Of a DNA stretch of 64,000 nucleotides, positions 12,086 to 25,717 are shown one piece after another. This stretch comes from Callorhinchus milii. Taxonomy: Eukaryota. Position numbers and translations under genes: made by a program. Numbering within the stretch: the stretch's first letter is position 1; each line of letters starts with the position of its first letter. Where the stretch lies: assembly GCF_018977255.1 (NCBI RefSeq), contig NW_024704742.1, positions 130,388,001 through 130,452,000 of the forward strand. The letters run 5' to 3'. Under the pieces are notes generated by a model that saw nothing but the letters and a program-made list of their open reading frames with translations, was not told the origin of the DNA and did no database searches.

Positions 12086-12266
12086 AAACAGAGAGAGCTG
12101 AGAAAACTCAGCAGGTCAGGCAGCTTCTATGGAGAAAGGAAAGCAAGTCAACATTTCGGGTCCACGACCTGTTCTGACGACGGGTCATGGACCCGAAACG
12201 TTGACTCACTTTCCTTTCTCTACAGATTCTGCCTGACCTGCTGAGTTTTCCCAGCTCTCTCTGTTT
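12086..12266. mobile_element. Palindromic Penelope-derived element (~85 bp inverted arms)
   Basis: ACTCAGCAGGTCAGGCAGC..GAGAAAGGAAAG..GTCAAC.TTTCGGGTCCA.GACC followed by its reverse complement. Resembles the Penelope terminal repeats of sharks as I recall them. Confidence 0.8.
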
Positions 12267-14619
12267 TTGTTACTGTTATACAGAGATCAGCTCTTTCCTC
12301 TTGTCCAAGGTTTGACAGAAGACCTACCTCTACTCTCATGTTTTTGGTAAGTTTTCCCTCCCCCATCCCAACTCCTTCCTCCAGCTCCTACCCCCAGCTC
12401 GAGTGCCCAGGCAGCTGTGTCAAGCACTTCAGGACGTCCTCCTGATGTGAAAAGCCAATATAAATATATATACATGTATATACACACACGTACACACAGT
12501 ATATGTTAATTTTATCAAACATTTCAACACATTTGTTGACGGGTTACTTGTATCCTTTCCACAACTGTGACCTGAATGGCCTTTTGCTGATATTTTGTAT
12601 TCTGTGATAGCCGTCAATATGAACAGCACACATTTTAAGACCAGAGGAACATCACTGTCTAGTTTTCAGGATGGTACGGATCTCGTCTTCAGGGAGGTAA
12701 TAGCTTGCCTCAGTTGCATAAATCTCCAGTTAAGGACAGATGTTTTAAGAGACTTTCACACTAGGTAAGAGGAGCTTTTATAAGAGCTGAGTTGAGAGGA
12801 ACTATTGTAACAAACCTCAATTCCAATTACATGAAACTATAACGAGACTAGACTTCAGTCAAGAGGAACTATTACAACAAATGCAACTGAAATGACTAGA
12901 TCGCCTGGACTCCTGTTACGAGCATAAGTTTCTCTGAGCCTTTTTTGGGGGCTGCAAGGCTTACTCCCAGTGAACCTGCAAGTGGAGAAAGGTTGCAGCT
13001 CCCACTCTGTGGCGTAACATAAGCGCACACAACAGCATTAACACAATGAAGAGTGGTTCATTGTCTTACAGAACGCAAGCGGAAGAAATAGTATGAATCA
13101 CCGACCATGTCTGTTCATTTGTCTAACAGATTCACTTAAGGCAGATCAATTGTGTATACTCGGGGGTGGGAAGGGGGAAGAAAATTTAGGTCAGTGATGA
13201 TAACAATAAACAGTGCAAGGGTACAAACGACTCAGACGCAGATTCAGTGATCCAAGACCAATATGAGTGAGTTATGGCTCAGCTTGGAGCCATGAATAAG
13301 GAATGACAATAGCTGGCAATCAGCAGCCTCAAGGTTGTGTGTGATTAGAATAACAGCTACTCTATCAATCTCTCAATAGTTATGCAAATGTCTGCTCATT
13401 TCTTGCAGAGCTGCATTTGTCTCATATTTATGAATCGATGCTCCCTTTTTCAAATGGTGATTACACCCGGTTCCGAGTATCTAGACAAGGATGGTTAACA
13501 GCGTCAGCTCTTAAAACAAGGGAGCAGGCGCAACTGATGGTGATTGACAGCCAGTGCAAACTACAAGTCCATAACTGACCAGGTTTAGTATTGATAATAA
13601 TTACAATAAAATAATCCTTACATATATATAGAGCCTTTCTTTTACAAGGAGAGGACGTCCTAAAGCCCTTCACAGGATTCACTGTAATAATAATAATCCT
13701 TACATTTGATATAGCGCCTTATAACGTTGTTGAGACATCTCAAAGCGCTTCACAGAGTATATTGTAAAGTGGAGTTTCTGTGTATTTTGTGGGCGAAACG
13801 TGGCAGCCCATTGTAAAATGGGCCGTGTACTTCGTTCACTTCATTTTTGTTTACTGGCCTTTAAACCAGTGAAACATTCATTCTTCAGGCTCCATTTAAC
13901 CACTAGAGCTTTCTTCTTCCGCAACCTATTATTTTTAATGTATTATCTTTTATTTTTATTTATTTTTAAATTCTGACATTATCTGCCTTCCAAAAACACA
14001 GTCACCACACTTTACAGTCTATTCTGTGAAGCCCTGAGTAGAGAGGACAGTCTAGACTGGAATCAGAAACAACTGGCTTAATCTAGAGGAAGCTTCAGTA
14101 CAAAAATATACGGTTTAAATCATTTTTATTTCCTTCTTGATTTTGTGTTTGTCCATCCCCCCCACACCACCCCCAGCTAAGGGTATAGGATACCGCACAT
14201 CGACTCCAGTTCCAAAACGTCTGCCAAAATCAGAATTAACATCTCCCTTCCTGCTCGTACCCCCAACCAGCTCATGCCTGTGCAAACTTCTATCAGGAGG
14301 CCGAGACATGAACTGAGGAGAGCCATAATGTGTTAAAATCCCTCAGTCTTCCAAATCTACTGCTCAACTGGAGCACTGCATTGTCGGAGGTGCCGTGCCT
14401 TAGATGTGATGACCAACCGAGATCCCATAAGTCGGTTCAGGTGGTAATTGAAGAGTATTTTGAGACGTCCTCCTGACGTGATAAGGCGTTTTCACATCCC
14501 TTCATGCCCTGGCACCTCCCTACCTGTCCAACCTGCTTAACCCCTAACCCACAACCACATGCCCTTCGTGCCCTCCACTCCACCACCGGCGGCCACACTT
14601 TCAGCAACTTCACCCCAAA

Positions 14620-15048
14620 ACAAGACAACAAGATTTCATTCATAGAGCGCCTTTCACGTCGGGAGGACGTCCCAAGGCGCTGGACAGTTCGGTCGGGACC
14701 CGAACAGTGGGGAAATAGTTAGGGTGAGGGGAGGGAACAAGGAGGGGGTAGAGAGTCGAGAGAGGAGCTGAAGGCACGGTCGAAGAGAAAGGTCTTGAGA
14801 CCGGCCTTGAAGGAGGAAAGGGAGGAAGCAAGGCGAAGGCACTGGGGGATGGAGTTCCAGAGCCTGGGGCCTGAGAGGCTGAAGGCCCGGCCACCGATGG
14901 TTAGGGCGGTTGGGGCGGGGGATGTGGAGCAGACCAGAGCCAGAGGAACGGAGGGTACGGGCAGGTAAGTAGGGGGATAGTAGGTCGGAGAGGTAGGAGG
15001 GAGCGAGGCCGTGAATGGCCTTGTAGGTGAGGATGAGGATCTTGAATT
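14620..15048 (-). mobile_element. Young L2 3' fragment nested in an older plus-strand L2 (~14490-14619 and 15049-15240)
   Basis: Near-identical to 36870-37295. The flanks join into a continuous older L2 3' end (..CACCCCAAAA|ACTCTGGAAC..). Confidence 0.9.
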
Positions 15049-16024
15049 CAAAAAACTCTGGAACACTCTTCCTTTATCCCTCCGCCTTGCCCTTTCTTCT
15101 CCATTTTCGGGTCACGCCTGAAGACCTTCCTCTTCAACCGTGCCTAAGGTCACCTTTCCCTCCCCCCAGCTCAGTGTCATGCTCCACTACTGTCAAGGGC
15201 CCTGCGTGAGGGATGCTGTATAAATACAAGTTTTTGTTGTACATATCAAATACAAGGATTATTATAACTGTAGATGGATGGGTTCAGTCCCATAGGGTGG
15301 TGGGGTGTAGGAAAAAGCCCAAAATAAATGTCATTGTTTTCTCAATGTAAACACAGTGTATTTTGTATTGAACTTGCACCAAAGCTTTGTTTCAGTTCTG
15401 GGAAAAGCTTCTTCATTCCTTTTTTTTCGTGCACTTTTGATGGGAGTGTATTGCACAGGTTCGGGAAAGGATCATTTGTGCAACCTAATTATTGCTCGCT
15501 TGCCTAGGCTCAATTAAACATGCAGGAGAGCAGTGCACATGAAAGGCATCTCTTTATCAGCAACTTTTGTTTCATCTTATTCCTGTAATGGGCTGATTAG
15601 CTCTGGCAGTGTGCTCGTGACTGCAAATGAAATAATAATGTAATAAATATCATCAATGACATCCAGAAACTGCCCTCCACCCACTCACATTAAAAAGACT
15701 ATTGTGCTCAGGAAAATATCATTCACACGAGCATAGAATGTTTACAGCACCCATCACGGGAGGCCATTCAGCCCATTGTGTCTGTGCTGGTCTTTCACTC
15801 TTCCACCTAATCCCAGTCCCCAACCCCTCTTCCATAGGCTTTAAGATTGTTTTAGATTATTTATTGATTTAAATCCCTCCAAGGCCTCATCCCACCCTAC
15901 CATTGTGACTTCTTGCCTCATGCGCTTCCTCTGGTCGGCCTGCTCCAACAACAACTTGCATTTATATAGCGCCTCTCATGCCGGGTAGCGTCCCAGCACG
16001 CTTGAAATGTCTTCATGTCCCGCA

Positions 16025-16351
16025 CCATTAGCTTAGTGGTTAGAGCACTCGCCTCGCAAGCGAGAGGACCTGGGTTCGATTCCCGGGCAGGACTAAACTT
16101 TGGCCAAGTTTCCTTACTCCACATGCTTCTGTTTACCTAGCAGTAAGTAGGAATCCGGTTGTTAGTGGATTGGCGAATTGCTTTTCTGGGGATAATAGTT
16201 CCTTAAAAAAAAGGGTCACTCAATCCACGACTGTTGTGCGGAAATGGCTGCCACGTTTCAACACAAAATACGCAGTCAATTAACTTTACAGTGCATTCTG
16301 TGAAGCTCTTTGAGATGTCTTGAAGACGTGATAAAGTGCTACATCAAATGC
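16025..16351 (+). mobile_element. SINE family A, long form
   Basis: tRNA head (anticodon CGC, B box GTTCGATTCC), CTGTTTACCTAGCAGTAAGTAGGAA domain and shared tail. Confidence 0.9.
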
Positions 16352-17088
16352 TGAGGGTCGGGATCAGGGAGGGTGGAGGGCAGTGAAGGAAGGGAAGGTG
16401 ATCGAAGGTACGGTCGAAGAGGAGGGTCTTGAGACAGGTCTTAAAGGAAGCAAGGGAGGGGGCGAGGCGGAAGGACGGCAAGGTGGAGTTCCAGAGGGTG
16501 GGGGCAGTGTGGCTGAAGGTCCGCCCACCAATGGTGAGGCAGGCGATGCATTAAGCATTTTTGCTTAACTCTTTTCTTTGGTCAGCCACATGTGGAAACC
16601 TATCACCATGCTTAAGAGTTTCCAAACAAAGGGAAATGGAAACTATAATTAAAACGTGACTCTTAGGATTTCCAAACCACAAAGATTTCCAAATACCTCG
16701 ACAAAACTGAACAAATGTTCACACTGTTCAATATCATGAAAGGGTTTGGGAAGAATTCCATTGGTTAGTGAATCGGAAACTGAGGTGTCAGGTTGGCCCA
16801 GTGGGATGCGTTGCCCCTCGACTCGGGGTCAAAAGTTGTGGGTTCAAGCCTCATTTCATGATTTTGAACTCACATTGTCCAGGCTGACACTCAAATGCAG
16901 TGATGGGAATCTGCTGTATTGTTAAAGGTGCATCCTTCAGATGATATGTTAAACCAAGGTACTGCCTACCTGTTCAGGTGGATGTTAAAGATTCCATGAC
17001 ACATGACTGTATTTGAGGAGAAGTGAGTTTCGCCCAATGAACTGGCCAACGATCCCCCCAAATAAAATTGGTCATTAACCTCATGGCT

Positions 17089-17354
17089 GTTGTTAAAAGG
17101 AACAGAGGGGAGGTGAGGAGAATTTTTTNCACACAGCGAGTTGTTCGGATCTGCAATGCATTGCCTGAAAGGGTGGTGGAAGCCGATTCGGTAATAAGCT
17201 TTAAGAGAGAAATAGATCATTATTTGGGGAGGACAAGTTCGCAGGGAGAGGGCTAGGGGAGTGGGATTGAATTGGATAGCTCTTTTCAAAGAGCCAGCAC
17301 GGAAACATTGGGCCAAATGGCCTCCTTCTGTGTGTATAATTCTATGATTCTATG
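17089..17354 (+). mobile_element. CR1 3' end inserted into a DeuSINE (SINE spans ~16788-17410)
   Basis: Highly similar to 9395-9660 and ends ATTCTATGATTCTATG. The SINE sequence CATGGCTG|TTGTGG resumes after it. Confidence 0.9.
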
Positions 17355-20300
17355 TTGTGGCACACTGCTGTGCACAAATTGACTGTTGTATTTGCTTAAA
17401 ACAACATCCATTATATAGCTTCCCTCATGCAGGGTACAGTCTCAGAGCCCTCAACAGTGGCGGAGGTCAAGGTCGAGCTGGGGAGAGGTGACTGTAAGCA
17501 CAGTCGAAGAGGAAGGTCTTCAGACACGACCTGAAGATGGGGAAGGAAAGGGCAAAGTGAAGGGATATCAGGAGTGTTCCAGAATTTGGTTCCAGAACCT
17601 ACAAATGCACAGTTACTACACAGTAAAATCCTGTGAAGCACTTTGAGACATTTCAATGAAGTAACAAGGTACAATATCAAATGCAGGTAGTATTAATATA
17701 AGCAGGAAGGTTTCAACTAAAGTATAAAATGAGATGTGAGCTAGCCTGTCTTCATTTTCTATCTCCATTCCTACTTTGAGAGATCCTTCACATTATGGAG
17801 CACTTTATTAAAATAGTATAGGCATAAAAAAAAACACACTGACCCCAAAAATCACAGAGCGAATAAATCATGTAACAAAGGGAAATAGGGTTTTAATGCA
17901 AAAGCTAGACCTCGGACTTGAGCCATTATTCAACTTTTAAGTGCAGTTGATCGGATAAGAAAGATTTTAGCTCCGCATTGATATGGCCATTGTTATGTTC
18001 ACTCTACAAGTCACAAGTAAAAATCACGGCACATGTGTGAAATAAACACCTGACATCTCTCTTCAATCTCCGAAGTGGATTGTTACACAATCAATCTCAA
18101 GTCCTGTTAAATCATAATTAAGTTTACCCCCCACCACCCCCACTCCAGCACACACACTCAACACACACATTTAAAATTGACCTAAAACAGTAAAATTACA
18201 AATTTGATCTCAATTTTTAAATCAACAACAACAAATTACATTTGTATTGCACCTTTCACGTCAGGAAGACGTCCCAGTGCGCTGGACAGTCAAGGATTTG
18301 GACCCGAGCTGGGAACTGGGATAAGGAGGGGTGGTCAGTATCAAAGGGTTACTTTCATTCAACAAAGACTCCATTTGAATATATTTTTGCATTCAAAGTG
18401 GATCCAAGTGCAGTTTGCTGCAACCAGTCATTTACAGTAATAATAAACCTTGTACTGTATTTGATAAAGTGCCTCACCATGCCATCAAAATGTCTCAAAG
18501 CACTTTACAGGATCTACTGTAACGTATAATAATAATCCTTGCATTTGATTTATCATGTCGGTGAGACGTCTCAAAGCGCTTCACGGTGGATTGACTGTGT
18601 ATTTTGTAGGCAAACGTGGCAGCCAATTTGCGCACAGCAGTGTTCCACAACCAGCCATGAAGTCAATGACTAATTTAATCTGGAGGAATATTGGCCAGGA
18701 CACTGAGAGAAATGCCTTTCTTTCTCTTTTGATGGGTTCTTTAACATCCACTTGAACAGGCAGACTGGACCTTGGTTTAACCTCCTGACGTGAAAGGCGC
18801 TATACAAATGTAATTTTGGTGGTGGTGTTGTTAATACATCATCCAAAGGATGGCACCTCCATCAATGAAGCGCACTCTCCACACTGCATTGGAGTTTCAG
18901 CCTCAACTATGAAACCCAAAGACCCAACTCAATGTGGGTTTGAACCCAGAATGATCAGACTCAGAAGCTACCAATTGAGACAGATGATACATTGTGATGA
19001 TTAGGGCAGATTGTATTAATTAAATGTGAGGGCTGGAAGGGAGGAGCAGGAGAAACTCTGAATTTCAGGAAGATAATTTAGGAAGAGGAAGAAACTAACA
19101 ATAAAAATAAGGAATCTAAAGCACAAATGAGGGACACCATGCACAAGAGGAAGTCACACTGGAGCCTTGCCCTGACAGTGTAATTCCTTACTGCCAGCAC
19201 GATTTGTTTGGGGGTCAGAAACCCATCACCTAGGAATATCCAAACCTAACTGCGAATTCCATGCATCCCACCAACACATGGAAATTTCAGAGACAGATTG
19301 TTGGAATGGAATGGCACTCTCTCCCCGGAGGGACGCATCCTGCTTACCTAATTCGGGAAAGTATTAGGCGCATGTTGGCAAGAACCAAACCTAGTTGAGA
19401 GGATAGCACGACTATCGAGTGAGGCACAAGGCCATTCAGATCAGAAAGTCACAAGCTCAAATTCTGCTCTCATGCTTTTTGTGCTTTATTCCCTTATTTT
19501 CTTCCTGTAGTTTAGTGGGGGGAGGGGTTAGGCGACTGCGGAATTATATCTCGCAGAAGGTTAACAAGGTGCTAAAAACTTTTTTCAGGAGAGGGGGAGA
19601 AAATGGGCGGAGAAAACAGTCCCAGATCTTTAAAATAACCTTGTGGGACCAAGTTAAAATGTTACATCAATCAACTGACAGCATGGTTATGCCCACATAA
19701 CCCTGTAACACTGTTACATACTCATAGTTATACTTTTAAATTTTTGAAATCATCTTCAGTTTAAAACTGCCTGGTCTGCTTTTTGTTTCTACCTCCCTCA
19801 GAAATAATCAATTATTCACATCATCCTTCATATTTGATGTATAGAGCATTTCACATCACGAGCACATCTCAGGGCACTTTACAGAAAATTACTGTACAAT
19901 TATTGACTTGTATTTTGTAGGCGAACGCGGCAGCCAACACAGCAACATCCATAAAGAGATTGACCAAATGTTTATCTGGGGTACTGATTCCCAGTTTACC
20001 GAGACAGCAAAATTCCCTTCTCTTTTCTTCCTCTTTATTACGTAGCTGCAAATAAAACAGGAACTCAAGAATAAATGTCAAAAATAAAATAAGATTTTAA
20101 AATACAATGACATTTTGTACATCTAAGAATTGTATTTGCTGTCGGAAAGGTTTGGCCTAGTAAGATCCCGTCTTGGGGAAATGAAGGAGCCAATGCCTTG
20201 GTCATTATTTATGGTCATGTGTGTCCTATAATTCACATGCTGTGTGTGTGTGGAGAGGGGTTGGTGTTGGGTGCTGTGCGTGCACATGGGTGGTGCTTTC

Positions 20301-20739
20301 TGGTTCAGTTGGCAGCGCTCTCATCTTCGAGTGAGCTCAAGCCCCACATCGGGACTTGGAACTAATATTGTCCAGATTGACACTCCAATACAATGTTGGG
20401 AAACTATTACATTTGCTGTCCTTCAGATGAAAGGTTAAATAGAGGTTCCGTCTGCCTGTTCAGGTGGACGTTAAAGATCCTATGGCATGATGTGAAAAGA
20501 GAAGGGAGTTTCTCACAGTGTCCTGGCAAACAATCTCAAATAAAATTGGTCAATCATTCCATTGCTCTTTGTGAGACTTTGCTGCATACAAATTAACTGT
20601 CACTTTTGGCTATTCACAATCACTACAATTTACAGCAACATATTGTGAAGTGCTGTCTCAACAAAGTGACAAGGCGCTATATCAAATGCAAAGACATTTA
20701 TTAAATTATTAAACTACACTTTACAGAGAAACATCGATT

Positions 20740-21198
20740 TTACCTGCACAAGCTGCAGATCATCCAGAACTCTGCAGCTCGTGTCCTCTCCCAAACTAGG
20801 CTCCATGACCGCATCACGTCCACCCAGCTACACTGGCTCCCCATCACCCAGAGGATTGAGTTCAAAATCCTCGTCCTCACTTTCAAAGCCCTCCACAGCC
20901 TTGCCCCTCCCTACCTCTGTGACCTGCTAACCCATCGGCGGTCAGGCCTTCAGCCTTTCTGCCCCCACTCTATGGAACTCCATCCCACATTCCCTTCCCC
21001 TCACTTCCTCCCTTGCCTCCTTCAAGACAAGACTCAAAACCCTCCTCTTCAACCGAGCCTTCGGCCACCCTCGTACCCTCCCTCCCTACCCTCCACCCTC
21101 CCTGATCCCCAGCTCAGGTCCAAATCCTTGACTGTCCAGCATCTTAGGACGTTCTCCTAATGTGAAACGTGCTATACAATGTAATTTTGTATTGTATT
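20740..21198 (+). mobile_element. L2 3' fragment
   Basis: HKLQIIQNSAARVL and LHWLPI..RIEFKIL motifs; L2 tail. Confidence 0.88.
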
Positions 21199-21966
21199 AT
21201 GTCGTACCTTTCTCTCGGCTCCCTTGAAGCCATGCCTCTTTGTTAGTATAGTTTTCCAGCATTAGGCACCCACTCTGATATCTCAACCAAGTGACAGCCC
21301 TGACGGACTTCAGGATGAATAAAAATCTCAATGTAATTGTCAAAATTCCTTCAGCCCTGACATTATCACATTTCATAGTTAAATGATCGCTGTAAAACAT
21401 TTCTCACTGTGGTCAGCCTACCAGTGCTTTTGGCTCCAGCGTCAAATGCAAGGGGAAACCCGAACCAGGTTTCATGTGGTTTTGAATATTTACGTTTATT
21501 CCAGGTAAGGATTTTAAACAAAAGGCAACTTCTAATCCAGTAATGAGAGTTAGTGCAATAAAAGTCAGGGCTGTGGAGAATAATGGATAAGGCGAAGCAT
21601 TTCCAAATTGGTTTGGAGCCAGCAGGAACACAGGTGGCTGCTATTGAACAGAGCTAAATCCAGGTAAATGCCAAATGAAAGCCAGTGCAGGACTGCATGC
21701 ACCTGAACACGTTATTCCATGATAAGCCATTAATCTCCAGAATATATAAGTGCATGTGTTTTTTTCCAGGTGTTTTCATTCCTGCAAAATGCTGGCGTTA
21801 CATTCTTGTGCTTACAAGGAGGCAGGTGATCAGTAAGTCTGCATTGAACGCCAATGGACAAAATATCCATGTCTAGTGTCAATGGGAGTTCTGAGCGAGG
21901 ATACTGTGATATCGGTCTGACACCATAATAAACTGTCCCCACCCCACCCCGCACACACATGCACAC

Positions 21967-22165
21967 TAGAATCATAGAGTTGTACAGCACAAAAAGAGGC
22001 CATTCGGCCCATCGAGTCTGTGCTGGCTCTTTGAATAGAGCAATTCATGTCAATCCCACTTCCCAGCCCTTTCCCCATAACCCTGCAAACCCGTCCTCCT
22101 CAAATACCCGTCCACCGCATTTTTAAAAGTAGTTATCGAATCGGCCTCCACCACCCTTTCAGGCA
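21967..22165 (-). mobile_element. CR1 3' end
   Basis: Reverse complement of the CR1 3' UTR seen at 9465-9660. Confidence 0.85.
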
Positions 22166-24472
22166 ACTAATTATGTAATCAGTTATAAACCTAGGTTGTG
22201 TCTGCCTGTTCAGGTGGACGTTAACACTAATATGATTCCCACAACAACAACAACTTGCATTTATACAGCACCTCTCACTCAGTGCTCGACAGTGGCGAAG
22301 CATTACACAGAGCCAGGAGGAGGGAGGGAGGCAGGAAAGGTCAAAGAGTAAGGTCTTCAGGCACAATCTCAAGATGGAGAAGGCAGAGGGATACAGAGAG
22401 TGCTCTAGAGTTTCAGGGCGTAATGGCTGAAAGACGTCCATCTCTAATCGAAAACTATTCACAAAGTGAATGGAGTTTCTCCCTTGTCCTGGACAACAAT
22501 CCCCCAGGTTAAAAATTGTCATTCACTTCATACCTATCTGTGAGACACTGCTTTTGCACACTGGCTGTCAAGTTTGCCTACAAAGTACATCGTCATTACA
22601 TTTTAGAGTAAATCCTGTGAAGTGTTTTGAGACAAATTCCCGATGGGCAAGGCGAGTATTAAATGCAAAGTGTATTATTTTATGACCCTCTATTAGAACT
22701 TGGGTTTCACAAGTTAGTTGAATATTTCCAATAATTAAGCCCACAAAACATGCAGCCAATTCAGTTTACAGTATATACTGTGAAGTCTTCGAGACATGTC
22801 GATGACATGATAAGGCACTATATCAAATGCAAGGATTAATATTATTATTAGAATGGGCACCATCATCTGCTGTCTGTCACAACCTAAAGACACTGAATTA
22901 ACCTGTCGATTATCTCGAGATATCCAGGCACAGCAGCCACATTAACATGGGTTTCTAACCATAATCTTCTACTAAACCTGAAATTTCAGTTCTCGAACCT
23001 TTAACCTCAATCACCAAGTGTTGCAAACATCACCATTCTCACATGCCAAGATAAGAGAATTCACTTGCAAATATCAAAGCAGCTCAATTTTCCTCCAATT
23101 TGTATTCACAGCTTGTAGAAGACACTCAAGGTTTGCCTTCCTGTTTGAAACTAATTATCAGTCTTTCTGGGAGAAGTAACAGGTCATTGTTAGCGCTGTT
23201 CACAGGAACCTGTGCGCAGCTATCCTATGTGTCGCAGAAACATGTGAATATGGTAAGAAAAGGGTCAAATACTTTTAAAAAAGGAATCTCAAAGCAACAT
23301 AACAGAGCTATTGTCACATTTAGGATGAGATGTCATTGAGAACATATTTGCGCCTTTTTATTATTGGATATTTAGCCTCTTGTAAATTTCTGTAATTGTT
23401 TCACATCTCCCTATTGACTATGATGGCTTCAGTGTACACATCCTGCACTCTCTCCTCTCACAGATCAGTGGCTGAATCACCATGTTGTGATCTCTATGCC
23501 TTTTGATGGGGCAGCGATCATCTGGGTTTCTTTCAAGTCATCAAAGGCACGGTTTCTTCACTTCTCTCACAGGTCTAGTCTGCAGTTACCACTTGTGGTT
23601 CCTCTCAATAACAAAAACTTGCACTTACATAGCACCATTCACACAGGGCAACATCTCGGAGCGCTTAATCTCCTTTTATCAATTTATATTCTAACCACTG
23701 TATCTATCACTTCTCATCTCAGGTGGAGTTCTCCTCAAATCAACCCTCCGAAAAGGTTTTCTATTTTATACCTGACATTTCTTTTCTTCTCTCTTGCCTC
23801 TGTTAAACCCAGCTTAATTTATGCACTAGAGTCAACCTTCTTCATTTTGGAGTTGGATATTTTCATTCTTTACTTCCTTAAGAGGTTTGGTTAAACAACT
23901 AGAAACCATAGAAATTAACAGCACTTTTAAGAAGAAGGCCCATTGTAATTGTGCTGGCTCTTTTGAAAGCAATTTTTCCTCATTTCCTGCATTTTCCTCA
24001 TATTATTCCTTTTTAGAAATGTAAAAAAATACATAAGGCCCCACATCAAATATTAAATGTGAGGATTACTATTATTTTCTATCCAGATGTATTCAATATG
24101 CATTTGTTGCAGCACCTTGGGACGTCCTCCCGACGTGAAAGACGCTGTACAAATGTAATCTTCTTGTTGTTATCTGTAGAAATGTTCACTATCCAATATT
24201 CAGTGAGAGGGTTTGCACAAAAATAACCAGTTTAATGTGAGCTTCACCCAGGTCTTGTAATGTGCTCCGGGGTTTGTGGTACCACTGTTTGACCCTTCGG
24301 TAATTCACAGGCTGAAACACGCCCTCCTTTTCATTGTGTACCGTAGTTTGCATTAAAGAAAAAAATCAATCATATTATCTTTATCCTCATTTTCTTGTAC
24401 CTTACTAGCCTCCACTCCGTGTCACATGCTATTCTCCAGCCAAGAGGAGAGCTGGACAACTTACTCCTTTTA

Positions 24473-24693
24473 TCTTTGACCGAGCCTTCAGCTCCCCTCT
24501 CGACTCTCTTCTCCCTTCTCGCTCCCTCCCATCCCTCCCCTCACCCTGACCATTTCCCCCCTCCTCGCTCCCTCCCCTCCCCTCACCCTGACCATTTCCC
24601 CCCTGCTCGGGTCATGACCCAACTGTGCAGCGCCTTGGGACGTCCTCCTGACGTGAAAGGCGCTTTATAAATGGAATCTTGTTGTTGTTGTTG
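24473..24693 (+). mobile_element. Young L2 3' end with an internal tandem duplication
   Basis: Matches the reverse complement of 36865-37045. CCCTCACCCTGACCATTTCCCC occurs twice. Confidence 0.9.
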
Positions 24694-25388
24694 TCCTGTC
24701 CCCTGCCAATACCACTCTGCCTGGAAGAGCACAGGAATGTCTCACAGTGATTCACTCATCAACAACTTGCATGTGTGCAGTGCACTTCACACAGGGTAGC
24801 GTCTCGTAGCACTGCACAGTGCTTGGGTTGGACACAAAGCAAGCGAGAGGAGAAGGGAAAGGCATAGTCGAAGAGGTTGGTCTTAAGGTGGGCTAATAAT
24901 AATAGAATAATAATAATCCCTGCATTTAATATAGCACCTTATCATGTCATTGAGACGTCTCAAAGCACTTCACAGGATATGTTGGAAAGTGGATTGTCTG
25001 CATATTTTGTGCACAGCAGTGTCCCAGAAGCAGCTATGGAGTGAGTGAATAATTTTATTCGGGAGATTGTTGGCTATGACACTGGGAGAAACTTTTTGAA
25101 TAGTGCCATGGCATCTTTAAAATCCACCTGGACAGGCAGTTTCATATCTCAATTTAACGTCTCCTACGTTAGGACAGCTCCTATGACAATGCAGTACACT
25201 CCCAGCACTGCTTTACAGTGTTAGCATCGACTATATGGGTTCCAAACCCTGAAATGGGGCTTGAACCCACAACCTTCGGACTCAGAGGCGAGAGCGCTAC
25301 CAGCTGAGCCAGGCTGATACACAAATATACAGAACCCAGAAGAAAAGTTAACTTCAAAGCATTCTGTGAATAAGCTAAGGTCTTCAGG

Positions 25389-25717
25389 AATAATAATAAT
25401 AATAATAATAATCCTTGCATTTGATATAGCGCTTTTCACGTCGGGAGGACGTCCCAAAGCGCTTCACAGAATATACTGTAAAGTGAATTGACTGTATATT
25501 TGTGGGCGAACGCGGCAGCCAATTGCGCACAGCAATGTCCACAAACAGTCGTAGATTGAAAATGACCAATTTATTATTGTTTTGGTTTTTGGAGGGATTA
25601 TTATTAGGCTCTGTGTGGAGTAAGGAAACTTGCCCAAGGTTTCGCCCTGACTGGAATTGAACTCAGGTCTCTCACTTGCAAAGCGAGTGCTCTAACCACT
25701 GAGCTACAGGACTCCAC
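25389..25717 (-). mobile_element. SINE family A, short subfamily
   Basis: Near-identical to 7584-7893 in reverse complement. Confidence 0.92.

Noticed and set aside
12540..12770. Possible coding exon in unique sequence
   Set aside because: Minus-strand frames are interrupted by stops and none resembles UBE2R2 or another protein I recognise.
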